Below, in pieces: positions 35,216 to 45,194 of a DNA stretch of 64,000 nt. Numbering within the stretch: the first letter of the stretch is position 1; the number at the start of each line of letters is the position of its first letter. The position numbers were made by a program, and so were the translations under genes. Location: assembly GCA_963666035.2 (NCBI GenBank), contig CAXXJI010000008.1:22715-86714 (forward strand), read 5' to 3'. Below the pieces are notes generated by a model that saw only the letters and a program-made list of their open reading frames with translations, searched no databases and was not told where the DNA came from. Origin of the DNA: Christensenellaceae bacterium. GTDB taxonomy: Bacteria; Bacillota; Clostridia; Christensenellales; CALMFG01.

Positions 35216-37025
35216 AGACTTAGGTGCGGTTTGTGACCTAAATCATCCGACGCATCTTTACGCGCTCGAAGTGGTGGAAGGCAAACGCATCGCGGGTGAG
35301 TGGGAAAAGCGATCCTGCGAAAGGCACCTATCCGACCTGCTCCGGCAGGGTACGGATGACTTCCCGTATGTGTTCGACGAATCGCGGGCCGATCGCATCT
35401 TTCGCTGGTTCGTCGTCGCGTGCGTGCATGTCCGCGGTGTGTTCACCGGTAAGACTATTCAGCTTTTGCCGTTTCAGCAGTACGACTACGGCAGTATCTT
35501 CGGCTGGGTGCACCAAGACACCGGCCGGCGGCGATTCACCTATGCGTTTATCGAGATTGCCAGAGGTCACGCGAAATCCACCGGCCAGTCGGGCATCGCC
35601 AATTACGGGCTCTGCTCGGACTGCTACTACCCGCCCGGGCATCCGGAGGAACGTATCTTCGAGATGAACCCGCACATCGAGTGCGCGGCGTATGATAAGG
35701 GGCAGGCCAAGATCGTCTGGAAGGACGCGCTTTCCATGGCCGAAGCCAGCCCACGGATCCGTGAGCAGTTGGACATCGGCCGAACGTTTATCCGTCACAA
35801 AACCCGCGGCGGGCACATTGACCCGCTATCCAAGGAAACGGCCAACAAGGACGGGCTTGCGCCATCCATCGCGGTCATCGATGAGTACCATGCCTGGAAG
35901 TCATCTAAGCTGTACGATAAGATCACCTCATCTTTGGGTAAGCGCGCCCAGTCGCTGGTCAGCATCATCACCACCGCCGGCGACGATGCCGAGAATAATC
36001 CGTGCAAAAAAGAGGAGGAACTGTGTAAGAAAATCCTATCGGGTGAAGTTATCGATGAAACATATTTTATCAACATCCGGCAGCTGGACGAGGGCGACAG
36101 CCCGCATGACAAATCGGTCTGGCCGAAAGCTAACCCGATGCTTTCTGAGGATAATGAGTACACGCGGATCCTTCGGGCGCAAATCGAGAACGACTACAAG
36201 AAAGCCTACGGTTCAGGCTTGTACTCTAAAATCCATGAGTTTCTGATCAAGCGGATGAACCTGTGGCAAGCCGAAAGCGAAAAACGCTTTATGAGCGGTC
36301 ATATGGATAAGTTTAAAAGCCTGGCCATCCCACGCAAAGACTTCTTAGCGCTGGTCCGCGGCCGTGAAGCGTATAACGGACTTGACCTTTCCAAGACCAT
36401 TGACTTAACCGCCAGCGCCTATGTGTTTAACCTTGACGACGGCCGGGTCGCAGTTACCGCGCATGGGTTTATTCCTGAAGACCGGGTCAAGGAACATGAA
36501 CAGAGCGACCAGGTGGAATACCGCGAATGGTCGAAACAAGGCTGGTGCACTTTAACGCCCGGCGCCGTCGTGGACTACAAACTGGTGCTGGATCATATCC
36601 ACCGGATGGAGATTGAGCAGGGCTGGGTGATGAAAGAGATCTGCTATGACCCGTACAGCGCCGAGTACCCCACACAGGACTTGGAGCGCGAAGGGTACAC
36701 CCGGGTGGAGATCCTGCAGGTGATGTCCGTTTTGTCCGAGCCGACCAAGTTTTTCAGAACTTTGGTGCTGGAAGGCAAGCTGGTACACGACGGAAGTCCC
36801 TTGCTGACATGGTGTGTCGGAAACGCCATGGAGATTACGGACACCAACGAGAACATCAAACTATCCAAACGCAATAAAGATGACAGCCAGCGGATTGACC
36901 TTTTGGCCGCCGCCATCAACGCTTTGGTGCGCGCCATGGTTGACGCGCAAGTCCCGGCATTGCCGGAATTAACGGAGGCATACCTTGAAGAATTCTACCG
37001 GGAAGGCTCGGGAAAAGAAGAATAA
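35196..37025 (+). CDS. terL: Terminase large subunit
   Basis: Walker-A-like IARGHAKST and Walker B IAVIDEYHAW. 609 aa with a C-terminal nuclease region. Confidence 0.85.
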   Translation: MMTFSHKDLGAVCDLNHPTHLYALEVVEGKRIAGEWEKRSCERHLSDLLRQGTDDFPYVFDESRADRIFRWFVVACVHVRGVFTGKTIQLLPFQQYDYGSIFGWVHQDTGRRRFTYAFIEIARGHAKSTGQSGIANYGLCSDCYYPPGHPEERIFEMNPHIECAAYDKGQAKIVWKDALSMAEASPRIREQLDIGRTFIRHKTRGGHIDPLSKETANKDGLAPSIAVIDEYHAWKSSKLYDKITSSLGKRAQSLVSIITTAGDDAENNPCKKEEELCKKILSGEVIDETYFINIRQLDEGDSPHDKSVWPKANPMLSEDNEYTRILRAQIENDYKKAYGSGLYSKIHEFLIKRMNLWQAESEKRFMSGHMDKFKSLAIPRKDFLALVRGREAYNGLDLSKTIDLTASAYVFNLDDGRVAVTAHGFIPEDRVKEHEQSDQVEYREWSKQGWCTLTPGAVVDYKLVLDHIHRMEIEQGWVMKEICYDPYSAEYPTQDLEREGYTRVEILQVMSVLSEPTKFFRTLVLEGKLVHDGSPLLTWCVGNAMEITDTNENIKLSKRNKDDSQRIDLLAAAINALVRAMVDAQVPALPELTEAYLEEFYREGSGKEE

Positions 37026-37167
37026 ATGGCCTGAAGCACTGATTCTGCTCGGGCTTATCGGCACGGTCGCAGTGACCGCTGTTTTAAGCTGGATTGCGGC
37101 CGGCTATCTTACGAGCGCACTGCTGATCGGTGCCGGGCTGATGATCGCCGTTTATGGAAGGAGGTGA
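36985..37167 (+). CDS. Possible small two-TM protein between terL and portal
   Basis: TTG start, hydrophobic ALILLGLIGTVAVTAVLSWIAAGYLTSALLIGAGLMIAVY. Overlaps terL by 41 nt. Confidence 0.3.
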   Translation: MKNSTGKAREKKNKWPEALILLGLIGTVAVTAVLSWIAAGYLTSALLIGAGLMIAVYGRR

Positions 37168-38435
37168 GCACCATCGAGCTATTTGGCATGCCTATCCGGC
37201 CGCCTGCGATTCAAAGCGCCGTATCTTTAAGCGACTCTGAGTTTTTAAGCTACTTCGGCATCGATACCGACGGGATGACTCGGAAGGAAATCAATGAAAT
37301 CACATACTTTGTGTGCTTAAAACACCTGTCCGAGAGCGTGGCTAAGCTGCCGGTGCATCAGTACAACCTCACCGAAAAAAAGGGGCGCGAGCGGGTATCG
37401 GATGAAAACATCTATCGGATTTTAAACGTCCAACCCAACCCGTACATGACTGCGTCCGACTTCTGGCGGGCGATTGAGCTGAACCGTAACCATCACGGCA
37501 ACGGGTATGCGCTGATTAAGTGGTACACCTACGGCCCGAAAAAAGGCAGGTTGAAAAGCCTGTGGCCGCTGGACAGCGGCGCCATGACGATGTATGTCGA
37601 TGATGCCGGTTGGCTGAATCGGAAAAATGCGATCTGGTACGTGTACACCGAAAACGGCAAGGCGTGGGTATTAAGCCCGCGTGAGGTGTTGCACTTCAAA
37701 TCGAGCACCACGTTTAACGGGCTCATCGGCTTGGCCGTTAAAGACATCCTAAAAACCCAAATCATGACCGCGAACTATGCCGAGGATTACCTGCAGAAAC
37801 TGTACCGGGGCAATATGTTCGGCGGCAAGGTGATCTTGCAGTATACGGGCGACCTTGATAAAACGGCCAAAGATACGCTCATTAAAAACACCGAGCGGTA
37901 TGCCAACTCGGTCGGTACGGGCAAGTTCCTGCCCATCCCGATGGGCGTTAAGGCCGAATCGATGGACATGAAACTGTCCGACGCCGAGTTTACCGAGCTG
38001 AATAAACTCAATGCCCTGCAGATTGCATCGGCGTTCGGGATCAAACCGAATATCTTAAACAACTACGAAAAGTCCAGTTATTCAAACTCGGAAACGCAAC
38101 AGCTCGACTTTTATATCAACTCGTTGATGCCGATCTTAAAGCATTACCGGGAAGAGATGACCCGCAAACTGCTGTACAAGGGCTTTTTGGAGCATGACAA
38201 CAAAGAGCTGTTTAAGCTCGACCCGGTCAAGCAGATGACGGTCCTAAAACAGGGTATGAACAACTTCATGTACACCATCAATGACGTGCGTGAGGAGCTC
38301 GGGAAACCCTACATCGACCATCCGAAAGCCAACCTGCCCATGGGCAACGGCAACTATATCACGCTGGACCAAGTCGGTGAGCAGCAGAAAGGAGCAAAAA
38401 CAATTGAAACAACTGAACCTAGCAAAGAACGGTGA
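37164..38435 (+). CDS. Portal protein, HK97 family
   Basis: 423 aa in the position after TerL. GGAAGGAGG RBS before the GTG start. Confidence 0.8.
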   Translation: MSTIELFGMPIRPPAIQSAVSLSDSEFLSYFGIDTDGMTRKEINEITYFVCLKHLSESVAKLPVHQYNLTEKKGRERVSDENIYRILNVQPNPYMTASDFWRAIELNRNHHGNGYALIKWYTYGPKKGRLKSLWPLDSGAMTMYVDDAGWLNRKNAIWYVYTENGKAWVLSPREVLHFKSSTTFNGLIGLAVKDILKTQIMTANYAEDYLQKLYRGNMFGGKVILQYTGDLDKTAKDTLIKNTERYANSVGTGKFLPIPMGVKAESMDMKLSDAEFTELNKLNALQIASAFGIKPNILNNYEKSSYSNSETQQLDFYINSLMPILKHYREEMTRKLLYKGFLEHDNKELFKLDPVKQMTVLKQGMNNFMYTINDVREELGKPYIDHPKANLPMGNGNYITLDQVGEQQKGAKTIETTEPSKER

Positions 38436-39108
38436 GCAGGGGAGCCTGACCATCAAAAACCAGACCGATACCTCAGCGGATCTCTTGATTTTCGGCACCA
38501 TTGCCGATACCAAATGGTGTGACGATGATGTGATACCCAAGGACGTCAAGACCCTGCTTGATGAGATCAAGGACGTCAAAACCTTGAACATCTACATCAA
38601 CTCAGGCGGCGGCTCGGTGTTTGCCGGCATGGCGATTTATAATATGCTGAAACGCTTTAAAGCCCAAAAGAACGTATACGTCGAGGGGCTGGCCGCCAGC
38701 GCCGCCTCGGTGATCGCGATGGTCGGGGACACGCTCGTTATCCCGGCCAATGCTTTCTTGATGGTCCATAAAGCGTGGACGTGGACGATCGGTAACATGG
38801 ACGATATGCTAAAATCGGCTGAGGTATTGGAGACCATCGACATCGGCATGCTGGCCGTGTATGAAGAGAACTTAAACGCCGGGGTATCCATCGCGGACTT
38901 CAAAACGCTGGTGGATGCCGAGACCTGGCTCACCGGTGAGCAGGCGGCCGAATACTTTGATGTGACCGTGGCGCCCGCCACCGAAGCCGCGGCATATACC
39001 GGCCCATTAAACTACCAAAACATCCCGAAGGGCCTGAAGCGTGAAGCGCCGAATGGGAAAAAGCAAAAGCAAGCGCTGGCCAGACTCAAAGCACAAGCGG
39101 ACCTGTAA
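38404..39108 (+). CDS. Prohead maturation protease, ClpP-like (S14)
   Basis: INSGGGSVFAGMAIYN, GLAASAASVI (Ser) and LMVHKA (His). AAAGGAG RBS before TTG 38404. Confidence 0.8.
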   Translation: MKQLNLAKNGEQGSLTIKNQTDTSADLLIFGTIADTKWCDDDVIPKDVKTLLDEIKDVKTLNIYINSGGGSVFAGMAIYNMLKRFKAQKNVYVEGLAASAASVIAMVGDTLVIPANAFLMVHKAWTWTIGNMDDMLKSAEVLETIDIGMLAVYEENLNAGVSIADFKTLVDAETWLTGEQAAEYFDVTVAPATEAAAYTGPLNYQNIPKGLKREAPNGKKQKQALARLKAQADL

Positions 39109-39151
39109 AAGGTCTTTTTTTAATTTAAAACACGAAAGGAAAACGAAAAAA

Positions 39152-40312
39152 GTGAATAAGTTATTGGAACTCAACGCGAAGCTGGATACGCTTCGCACCG
39201 AAATTGAAGGGTTTACCGATGAAACGCCCATTGAGACGATTGAAGCGAAGCATCAGGAGCTGAAACGCGTCCGAGCCGAGATCGTCCTGCTCGAGGAGCT
39301 GGAGGAAGACGCCAAAGCCAAGGTGGTGGTCTCGGAAGACGGCAAGACCTATACCGCCATGCGAGCGGACATGGAAGAACCCGAGGAACAGGACATTTTG
39401 GCGACCCCGCAGTATGCCAAGGCGTTCTACCGCATGGTTAGAAACCAGGCATTAACGCCCGACCAGCACCAGATTTTAGGCACCATCGGTTCGGCGGGCG
39501 TACCGATTCCAAAGTCCTTCCAGAACAAACTGGTCATCGCGCTCGAGAACAACAATGTGATGCGCTCGCTGGCAACGGTCATCAAGACCGAAACCGACAA
39601 GGACATCCCGTTTGTGGCGTCCCGCGGCACCGCGGCATGGACGGATGAGAGTACGGACTTTAACGATTCGGATGACGGCTTTGATGTGATCACCTTAACC
39701 GCATGGAAGCTGACCCGAATTGTCAAAGTGCCCGAAGAGGTACTGGAGGACGTCACGTTTGACCTTGAGGGGTATCTGGTTCAGTCGTTCGCGCAGACCT
39801 TTGCGATCCCGGAAGAGGCCGGGTTTGTCATCGGCGACGGCGTGAAAAAGCCCACTGGTGTGATGGTCGATGCGGGTGTCGGCGTGATCGCGGCCAGTAC
39901 TTTGGTGATCACCGCGGATAATATCATCGACCTTTACTACTCGCTCAAGCGCGTATACCGCAAGAAAGCGACGTGGCTGTTGAACGACGAAACGGTCAAG
40001 TCGGTTAGAAAGTTAAAAGACAGCGACGGTAACTATCTCTGGGCTAGAGGCTTCGGCGAAGAGCCTGAGACCCTGCTCGGCCGGCCGATTGAAACCACCG
40101 ACGCGGCACCGACCATCGCGGCCGACGCCAAGATCATGGCGTTCGGCGATATGTCCTTTTATATGATCGGCGATCGGAGCTCCAGGCGTTTCCATCGGTT
40201 AAACGAGCTGTTTGCCGCCAAGGGCCAGATCGGCTTTCGAGGTTATGAGCGCGTGGACGGCAAGCTGATCCTGCCCGAAGCGGTCAAAGTCTTAAAGATG
40301 GCGTCGGAATAG
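39152..40312 (+). CDS. Major capsid protein, HK97 fold, with an N-terminal coiled-coil delta domain
   Basis: Position after the protease. N-terminal LLELNAKLDTLRTEIEG coiled coil. GTG 39152. Confidence 0.8.
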   Translation: MNKLLELNAKLDTLRTEIEGFTDETPIETIEAKHQELKRVRAEIVLLEELEEDAKAKVVVSEDGKTYTAMRADMEEPEEQDILATPQYAKAFYRMVRNQALTPDQHQILGTIGSAGVPIPKSFQNKLVIALENNNVMRSLATVIKTETDKDIPFVASRGTAAWTDESTDFNDSDDGFDVITLTAWKLTRIVKVPEEVLEDVTFDLEGYLVQSFAQTFAIPEEAGFVIGDGVKKPTGVMVDAGVGVIAASTLVITADNIIDLYYSLKRVYRKKATWLLNDETVKSVRKLKDSDGNYLWARGFGEEPETLLGRPIETTDAAPTIAADAKIMAFGDMSFYMIGDRSSRRFHRLNELFAAKGQIGFRGYERVDGKLILPEAVKVLKMASE

Positions 40313-40324
40313 GAGGATTAAACG

Positions 40325-40570
40325 ATGAAGATCAAAATGCTTGAAAACTGTGTGGGGAACCGATTCTCCTACACTAAAGGCGCGACCTTGACCGTCACCG
40401 ATAAGGTCGGCAAGGACCTCGTCAAGGCAGGCTATGCCGAATTCTTGGATAAAAAAAGCCAGCCGGCAGATGAAGAAACTGAGCAGACCCAGACGGCTCA
40501 AGTTAAAGCAGAGATGACTGAAACTGAGGCCGAAAGCAAATCGGCTCAAAAAGCGGGTAAAGCGAAATAA
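40325..40570 (+). CDS. Small head-associated protein, unknown
   Basis: 81 aa with an acidic/Lys-rich tail, between the capsid and connector genes. Confidence 0.5.
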   Translation: MKIKMLENCVGNRFSYTKGATLTVTDKVGKDLVKAGYAEFLDKKSQPADEETEQTQTAQVKAEMTETEAESKSAQKAGKAK

Positions 40571-40857
40571 TGGCACTGGTAACCTTAGCGGAGGCCAAGG
40601 CCTACCTGAAAATCGAGATCGATGACGATGATGTGATGCTGTCCATGCAACTGCAAGCGGCCGAAGCGTACCTGACCGGGGCGACAGGGCAGACCTACGC
40701 CCCGGACACGGACGTTTTGGCTAAACTGTACTGCCTGATGCTGACCCAGCACCTTTATGATAACCGGACGTTGGTCGTCACGGGTAATGAGAGTTTAAGC
40801 ACCACCGCATCGGCGATCATGCTCCAATTGCAGTGTCAGGTGGATGAAACGCTATGA
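40570..40857 (+). CDS. Head-tail connector (gp6-like)
   Basis: MALVTLAEAKAYLKIEIDDDD N-terminus is typical of the family. Confidence 0.65.
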   Translation: MALVTLAEAKAYLKIEIDDDDVMLSMQLQAAEAYLTGATGQTYAPDTDVLAKLYCLMLTQHLYDNRTLVVTGNESLSTTASAIMLQLQCQVDETL

Positions 40858-41207
40858 AGATTAATCCGGGCAGTTTAAACAAGCGTATCAAAATCTACGG
40901 GTTTCTCGACGCTAACGTGGACGTGGAAGACGGCGGCGGGGGCTATGAAGACCGCTGGGGTGAGGCGTATGGCTGGGAGCTTATCTGCGATGCCTGGGCG
41001 AGCATTCGCCCGGCGGGTGAGCGCGCACAAACATTGGCAGACCAAACGGCGGTCATCATCACACATACCGTCTTGATCCGGTACAATCCGGCGGTGAAGG
41101 TATCGCATGTGATTAACTTCGGCGGCCGTCGGCTGGATATCCGCACGATTCGTAATTTTGATGAGGAAAACCAGTACCTGCAGCTGATGTGCGAGGAGGA
41201 AGCATGA
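40854..41207 (+). CDS. Head-closure / head-tail adaptor protein (SPP1 gp16-like)
   Basis: Size, gene order and 4-nt overlaps. LNKRI.I N-terminus is typical. Confidence 0.6.
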   Translation: MKINPGSLNKRIKIYGFLDANVDVEDGGGGYEDRWGEAYGWELICDAWASIRPAGERAQTLADQTAVIITHTVLIRYNPAVKVSHVINFGGRRLDIRTIRNFDEENQYLQLMCEEEA

Positions 41208-41635
41208 AAGCGAACATCACCATTCTAGGTCAGAAAGAAACCGTTCAAAAGCTATGGTTGTATCACGCGAAATTTAATGAAAGCGCAAAGCGTATTATGC
41301 GTACCGCCTCCAAGATGGTGGAAACCGCATACAAAAGGCGCGCGCCGGTCGGCAAAACGGGGAACTTGCGGGATTCTGTAAAAGCCAAAAACATTTACAC
41401 ATTCACAAGCGGACCTGCCGCCACTGTGATGTCCAGAGCGACAAGAGCGGGATTTGGATCCGGATGGCATCGGCATATTGTGGCCTATGGCACACAGCCG
41501 CGGACACAGCGTAAAACTGGGCGGTATACCGGCGTGATGCCCAAGAACAATTACGCGGACGGCGTGGAGGATGCAGGCAGTGCATACTTTAACAGCGCAA
41601 TCCGTGCGGAGGTAGAAAAGCATGTTGTTATTTAA
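41204..41635 (+). CDS. HK97 gp10-like neck protein
   Basis: Gene order; GAGGAGGA RBS; ATGA overlap with the upstream gene. Confidence 0.55.
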   Translation: MKANITILGQKETVQKLWLYHAKFNESAKRIMRTASKMVETAYKRRAPVGKTGNLRDSVKAKNIYTFTSGPAATVMSRATRAGFGSGWHRHIVAYGTQPRTQRKTGRYTGVMPKNNYADGVEDAGSAYFNSAIRAEVEKHVVI

Positions 41636-41993
41636 CTTACAAAAAGCGATTTTCGCCGCGATCAATGTGCCCGCGGTAAAAGGCACGGCGGGCATCTACG
41701 ATTATGTGCCCGAAAAAGTGCCGTTTCCCTTTGTGGTCATCGGCGACGACAGCGCGGCCGAGCTGAACACCAAAACCGAAAAAGGCTATGAAACCACATC
41801 GATGATCCATATCTGGGGCAAGGACCGGAGCATGAAAACGGTCAAGACCCTGATCGGGACGCTGGAAGGCCTGCTGTCAAAGGACCTGGGGGATTTCGAG
41901 TTTTTTAAGATTTCGGCGATGTCGGTTCGGCGGGAAACGCTGGAGCTCGTTAAAGGCACATTGGAAGTGAAATACAGAGTATCGGAGGATTAA
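41622..41993 (+). CDS. Tail completion protein (DUF3168-like)
   Basis: Gene order and size; YDYVPE motif near the N-terminus. Confidence 0.5.
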   Translation: MLLFNLQKAIFAAINVPAVKGTAGIYDYVPEKVPFPFVVIGDDSAAELNTKTEKGYETTSMIHIWGKDRSMKTVKTLIGTLEGLLSKDLGDFEFFKISAMSVRRETLELVKGTLEVKYRVSED

Positions 41994-41997
41994 AAAA

Positions 41998-42399
41998 TTG
42001 GCAAAGATAAAAGGATGTGTGGTCAAGGTAAAGGTAGACGGCACCGTCATCGGCGGTCAGCGCGGCGCCACCTTGAACCGCTCGGCAGAAACGATGGATG
42101 AAACGTCCAAGGACTCGGCCGGCTGGAAGGAAAACGGCATCGGCTACAAGGAATGGGGCGTGGACTGCGACGGGCTTTTGATTGAGAGCAACGCCGGGTA
42201 TGACGCGCTGGAGGATGCGTTTGAAAACGACACCCCGGTGGAGCTGGACATCACCGAACCCAGCGGCAAGAAGTATACTGGCAGTGCGTTCGTGACCGAT
42301 TTTCCGGTCGAGTACCCATACGATGACTATTCGACCTATTCGATGAGCTTTGTCGGCACTGGGGCGCTGACGCGTACGGCGGCACCCGCCGGCGAATAG
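41998..42399 (+). CDS. Major tail protein
   Basis: 133 aa immediately upstream of the G/GT chaperone pair. GGAGGA RBS before TTG. Confidence 0.65.
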   Translation: MAKIKGCVVKVKVDGTVIGGQRGATLNRSAETMDETSKDSAGWKENGIGYKEWGVDCDGLLIESNAGYDALEDAFENDTPVELDITEPSGKKYTGSAFVTDFPVEYPYDDYSTYSMSFVGTGALTRTAAPAGE

Positions 42400-42410
42400 G
42401 AGGATAAAAG

Positions 42411-42749
42411 ATGCCAAAACAGATATGCTTGATTGATGCGGACACACCGCGGGAACTCAGATTCGACGTCAACGCGTTTTGCCTGATGGAGGATCTTATG
42501 GGCAAAACGGTCAATCAGATGGACGACAATCCGGGGATGAAAGATCTTCGGATTATTTTCTATTGCGGACTTCGTTGGATGAACAAAGCCATGAAGCTGG
42601 ACGAGGTTGGCGAGATCATGGACGCCGCGCTGGAAAAGAATACGCTGGAGGAACTCGGCGAAACGCTGACGAAAGCCATGAGCCAGGCTTTGGGGCAGGA
42701 CACCGAGGAACACCCGGCAAAAAAGCGGCGTGGGGGAAAGAAAGGTTAG
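42411..42749 (+). CDS. Tail assembly chaperone G
   Basis: Position between the major tail and tape measure genes; ends just after the slippery site. Confidence 0.7.
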   Translation: MPKQICLIDADTPRELRFDVNAFCLMEDLMGKTVNQMDDNPGMKDLRIIFYCGLRWMNKAMKLDEVGEIMDAALEKNTLEELGETLTKAMSQALGQDTEEHPAKKRRGGKKG

Positions 42750-43021
42750 ACTTCGAAGCGGCGTTTAAGTACTACACGGGCGGGATCGGCATCTCGCCCG
42801 AAGAATTCTATTCAAGTACCCCGAATGAACTGCACCTGAAAGCCGAAGGCTACTTAGAAGCGCTAAAGCGCGACGCCGAGATGCAGGCCGCGGTGACAGC
42901 CGTCGGCGTGCATAACGCGATGAGCAAAAAGAAAGTCAAATTGTTCAAGGAAGATCAATCGATCGGCCGGATCGGCAGAGCGGAAAAAGAAAAGGAACTA
43001 AAAGAGATATTGGAGACGTAA
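42411..43021 (+). CDS. Tail assembly chaperone GT (-1 programmed frameshift product)
   Basis: The -1 frame ORF (42479..43021) is open across the A_AAA_AAG site at 42719 and continues for 272 nt beyond the G stop. Confidence 0.6.
42719..42725 (+). promoter_or_regulatory. -1 ribosomal frameshift slippery heptamer A_AAA_AAG
   Basis: Zero-frame codons are GCA AAA AAG; I verified that the downstream ORF is in the -1 frame. Confidence 0.65.
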
Positions 43022-43056
43022 GAAAAACACGTCTCCTTTATTTTTAAGGGGAAACC

Positions 43057-45192
43057 ATGGGTCTACTCATCAAAGTCGGTGCGGATTTAAGCGGCTTTAA
43101 CAAGAATTTTAAAAAAGCATCGAAGGATGTCACATACTTCGGCACGCAGATCGCATCGGCCGGGATGGGCATGACCCGCGGGATCACCCTGCCCTTGCTG
43201 GGCATGGCGGTGGCTGCCGGCAAGGTCGGCATGGACTTTGAAGCGCAGATGAACCGCGTGAAAGCGATTACCGGCGCAACCGGCGAAGAGTTTCAAAAGC
43301 TCGAAGACAAAGCACGCGAGCTCGGCGCTTCGACCATGTTTACCGCCACCCAGAGCGCGGAAGGCTTAGAGAAATTCGCCCGGGCGGGCTTTTCAGTACA
43401 GGAGAGCTTAGACGCGATTGAACCGTCGATCAACCTTGCCATTGCTACGGGTTCGGACCTTGCGACGGTGACCGATATTGTGGCGTCCGCAATTCGCGGG
43501 TTTGGCTTAGACGCCAAGGACACCGCGAAACTGACTGACCTTTTGGCCAGCACGGCGGCGAGTTCGAACACCAACTTAGAAGAGCTTGGCGAAGCGTTCA
43601 ACTATGTGGCGCCGCTGGCGGCCGCCTACGGGTACTCCACTGAGGATGTGGCCGAAGCGTTGGGGCATATGGCCAACGCGGGTATCAAGGGCAGTATGGC
43701 GGGCACAACCCTACGCCGTGCGATGAGTAACCTCGTCGGCGCATCCGGAGAAGCCAAGGCCAAGCTGGAAGAACTCGGCATAGAGGTGTCGGATACCGAG
43801 GGCAATATGCTGCCGCTTGAGAGCGTCATCGATGACTTGCGTCAAGGTTTTGCCGGCATGTCCGAAGAGGAACAAGCCTTGACGGCGAACCTGTTGTTCG
43901 GTGAACGGGCGCAGGCCGGGATGCTGGCCGTGATCAACGCGACCGAGGACAGCATCAACACACTGGCTGACGCGACCACGAATTACAGCGGTACCGTGAA
44001 AGAACAGGCTGACATCATGCAGTCGGGCACCAAGGGTGCACTGATGCGGTTTAAGTCGGCAGTGCAGGAGCTCGGCATCAAACTGTCCGAAGTGCTTTTG
44101 CCTGCGTTTAACAAGATCATTGAGAAGATACAAGGGTTTGTCGATAAGCTGAATCAGCTGACTCCGGCGCAGATGCAGACCATTGTCAAAGTGCTGGGGC
44201 TGGTCGCGGCCATCGGCCCGCTGTTGGTGATCGTTGGTAAGGGTATCACCATTTTCGGGAAGCTCCAAGCGCTCTTTACCACCATCGGAGGCAGTGTGTC
44301 GTTATTCTCCACGCTGATGAGTAGTGTGGCGCTTCCAGTCCTCGCCGTAGTGGCCGCGGTGGCGGCGCTGGTGGCGGTGTTTGTGTACCTCTTTAACACC
44401 AATGAAGCATTCCGGAATAAGGTCATGGAGATATGGGAGCAGATCAAAGCGATGTTCAGCGCGGCGTTTGAGTTTATCAAAGCCCTGCTGACGGCGCTGG
44501 GTCAGCTGTTCACCTGGCTGTGGCAGAACAACTTCTTAAACGTGCAAGGTATTATTCAGGCAGGCTGGCAGTATATCACCGAAATTTTTTCGTTTGCCAT
44601 TCAGCTGATTACCGACATCTTCAAGGTCTTCACCGCGCTTCTTCAGGGCGACTGGCAGGGTGCGCTGGATGCACTGATCGTGCTCTGGCAGAACCTTTGG
44701 GCGGGTCTAAAAAAGGTGCTGATCACTGGGATCAATTTTGTGCTGAATATCTTCGGCACCAACTTAGATGAGCTTGTATCCAAGGTCACCGACCGGATCA
44801 ACCAGATCAAGCAGACATTTGAGGATCTAAAAGCCAAGATTAAAGCGATTATCGATCGGATCATCGCGATATGGAAGGGCTTTAAGCTGCCGACGTTTAC
44901 GCTGAAGATGGCGGTCAAGACCTTTCTTGGTAAGACCATCACCTTCCCGACTGGGTTTAGCATCAACTGGCATGCGGACGGTGGTATCTTCACGCGACCG
45001 ACGATTTTGGGTAATCATGGATTCGGCGATAATCCGGGCGGCAAGGAAGCCATTCTGCCGCTAAACCGTCTGCCCGGGTTATTGGGGCTGGACGGCGAAA
45101 AACAGACGATCATCCAGGTGATACTGGACGGTGAAGTGATCTATGAGCACACGGATAGAAAGCTCGGCAAACTCCTGCAGGGAGGATACTAG
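43057..45192 (+). CDS. Tape measure protein
   Basis: 711 aa, Ala/Leu-rich helical with a central hydrophobic stretch, positioned after G/GT. Confidence 0.85.
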   Translation: MGLLIKVGADLSGFNKNFKKASKDVTYFGTQIASAGMGMTRGITLPLLGMAVAAGKVGMDFEAQMNRVKAITGATGEEFQKLEDKARELGASTMFTATQSAEGLEKFARAGFSVQESLDAIEPSINLAIATGSDLATVTDIVASAIRGFGLDAKDTAKLTDLLASTAASSNTNLEELGEAFNYVAPLAAAYGYSTEDVAEALGHMANAGIKGSMAGTTLRRAMSNLVGASGEAKAKLEELGIEVSDTEGNMLPLESVIDDLRQGFAGMSEEEQALTANLLFGERAQAGMLAVINATEDSINTLADATTNYSGTVKEQADIMQSGTKGALMRFKSAVQELGIKLSEVLLPAFNKIIEKIQGFVDKLNQLTPAQMQTIVKVLGLVAAIGPLLVIVGKGITIFGKLQALFTTIGGSVSLFSTLMSSVALPVLAVVAAVAALVAVFVYLFNTNEAFRNKVMEIWEQIKAMFSAAFEFIKALLTALGQLFTWLWQNNFLNVQGIIQAGWQYITEIFSFAIQLITDIFKVFTALLQGDWQGALDALIVLWQNLWAGLKKVLITGINFVLNIFGTNLDELVSKVTDRINQIKQTFEDLKAKIKAIIDRIIAIWKGFKLPTFTLKMAVKTFLGKTITFPTGFSINWHADGGIFTRPTILGNHGFGDNPGGKEAILPLNRLPGLLGLDGEKQTIIQVILDGEVIYEHTDRKLGKLLQGGY

Positions 45193-45194
45193 CC

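Noticed and set aside
35258-36937. Multiple 60-185-aa ORFs antisense or out of frame within terL
   Set aside because: They are typical spurious ORFs of GC-rich coding DNA, Arg/Pro/Ser-rich with no RBS, and the terL frame is continuous with ATPase motifs. The same applies to the antisense and out-of-frame ORFs inside the tape measure gene (43087..44993, for example 43711..44268) and the tail fibre gene (46757..48007, for example 47037..47537).
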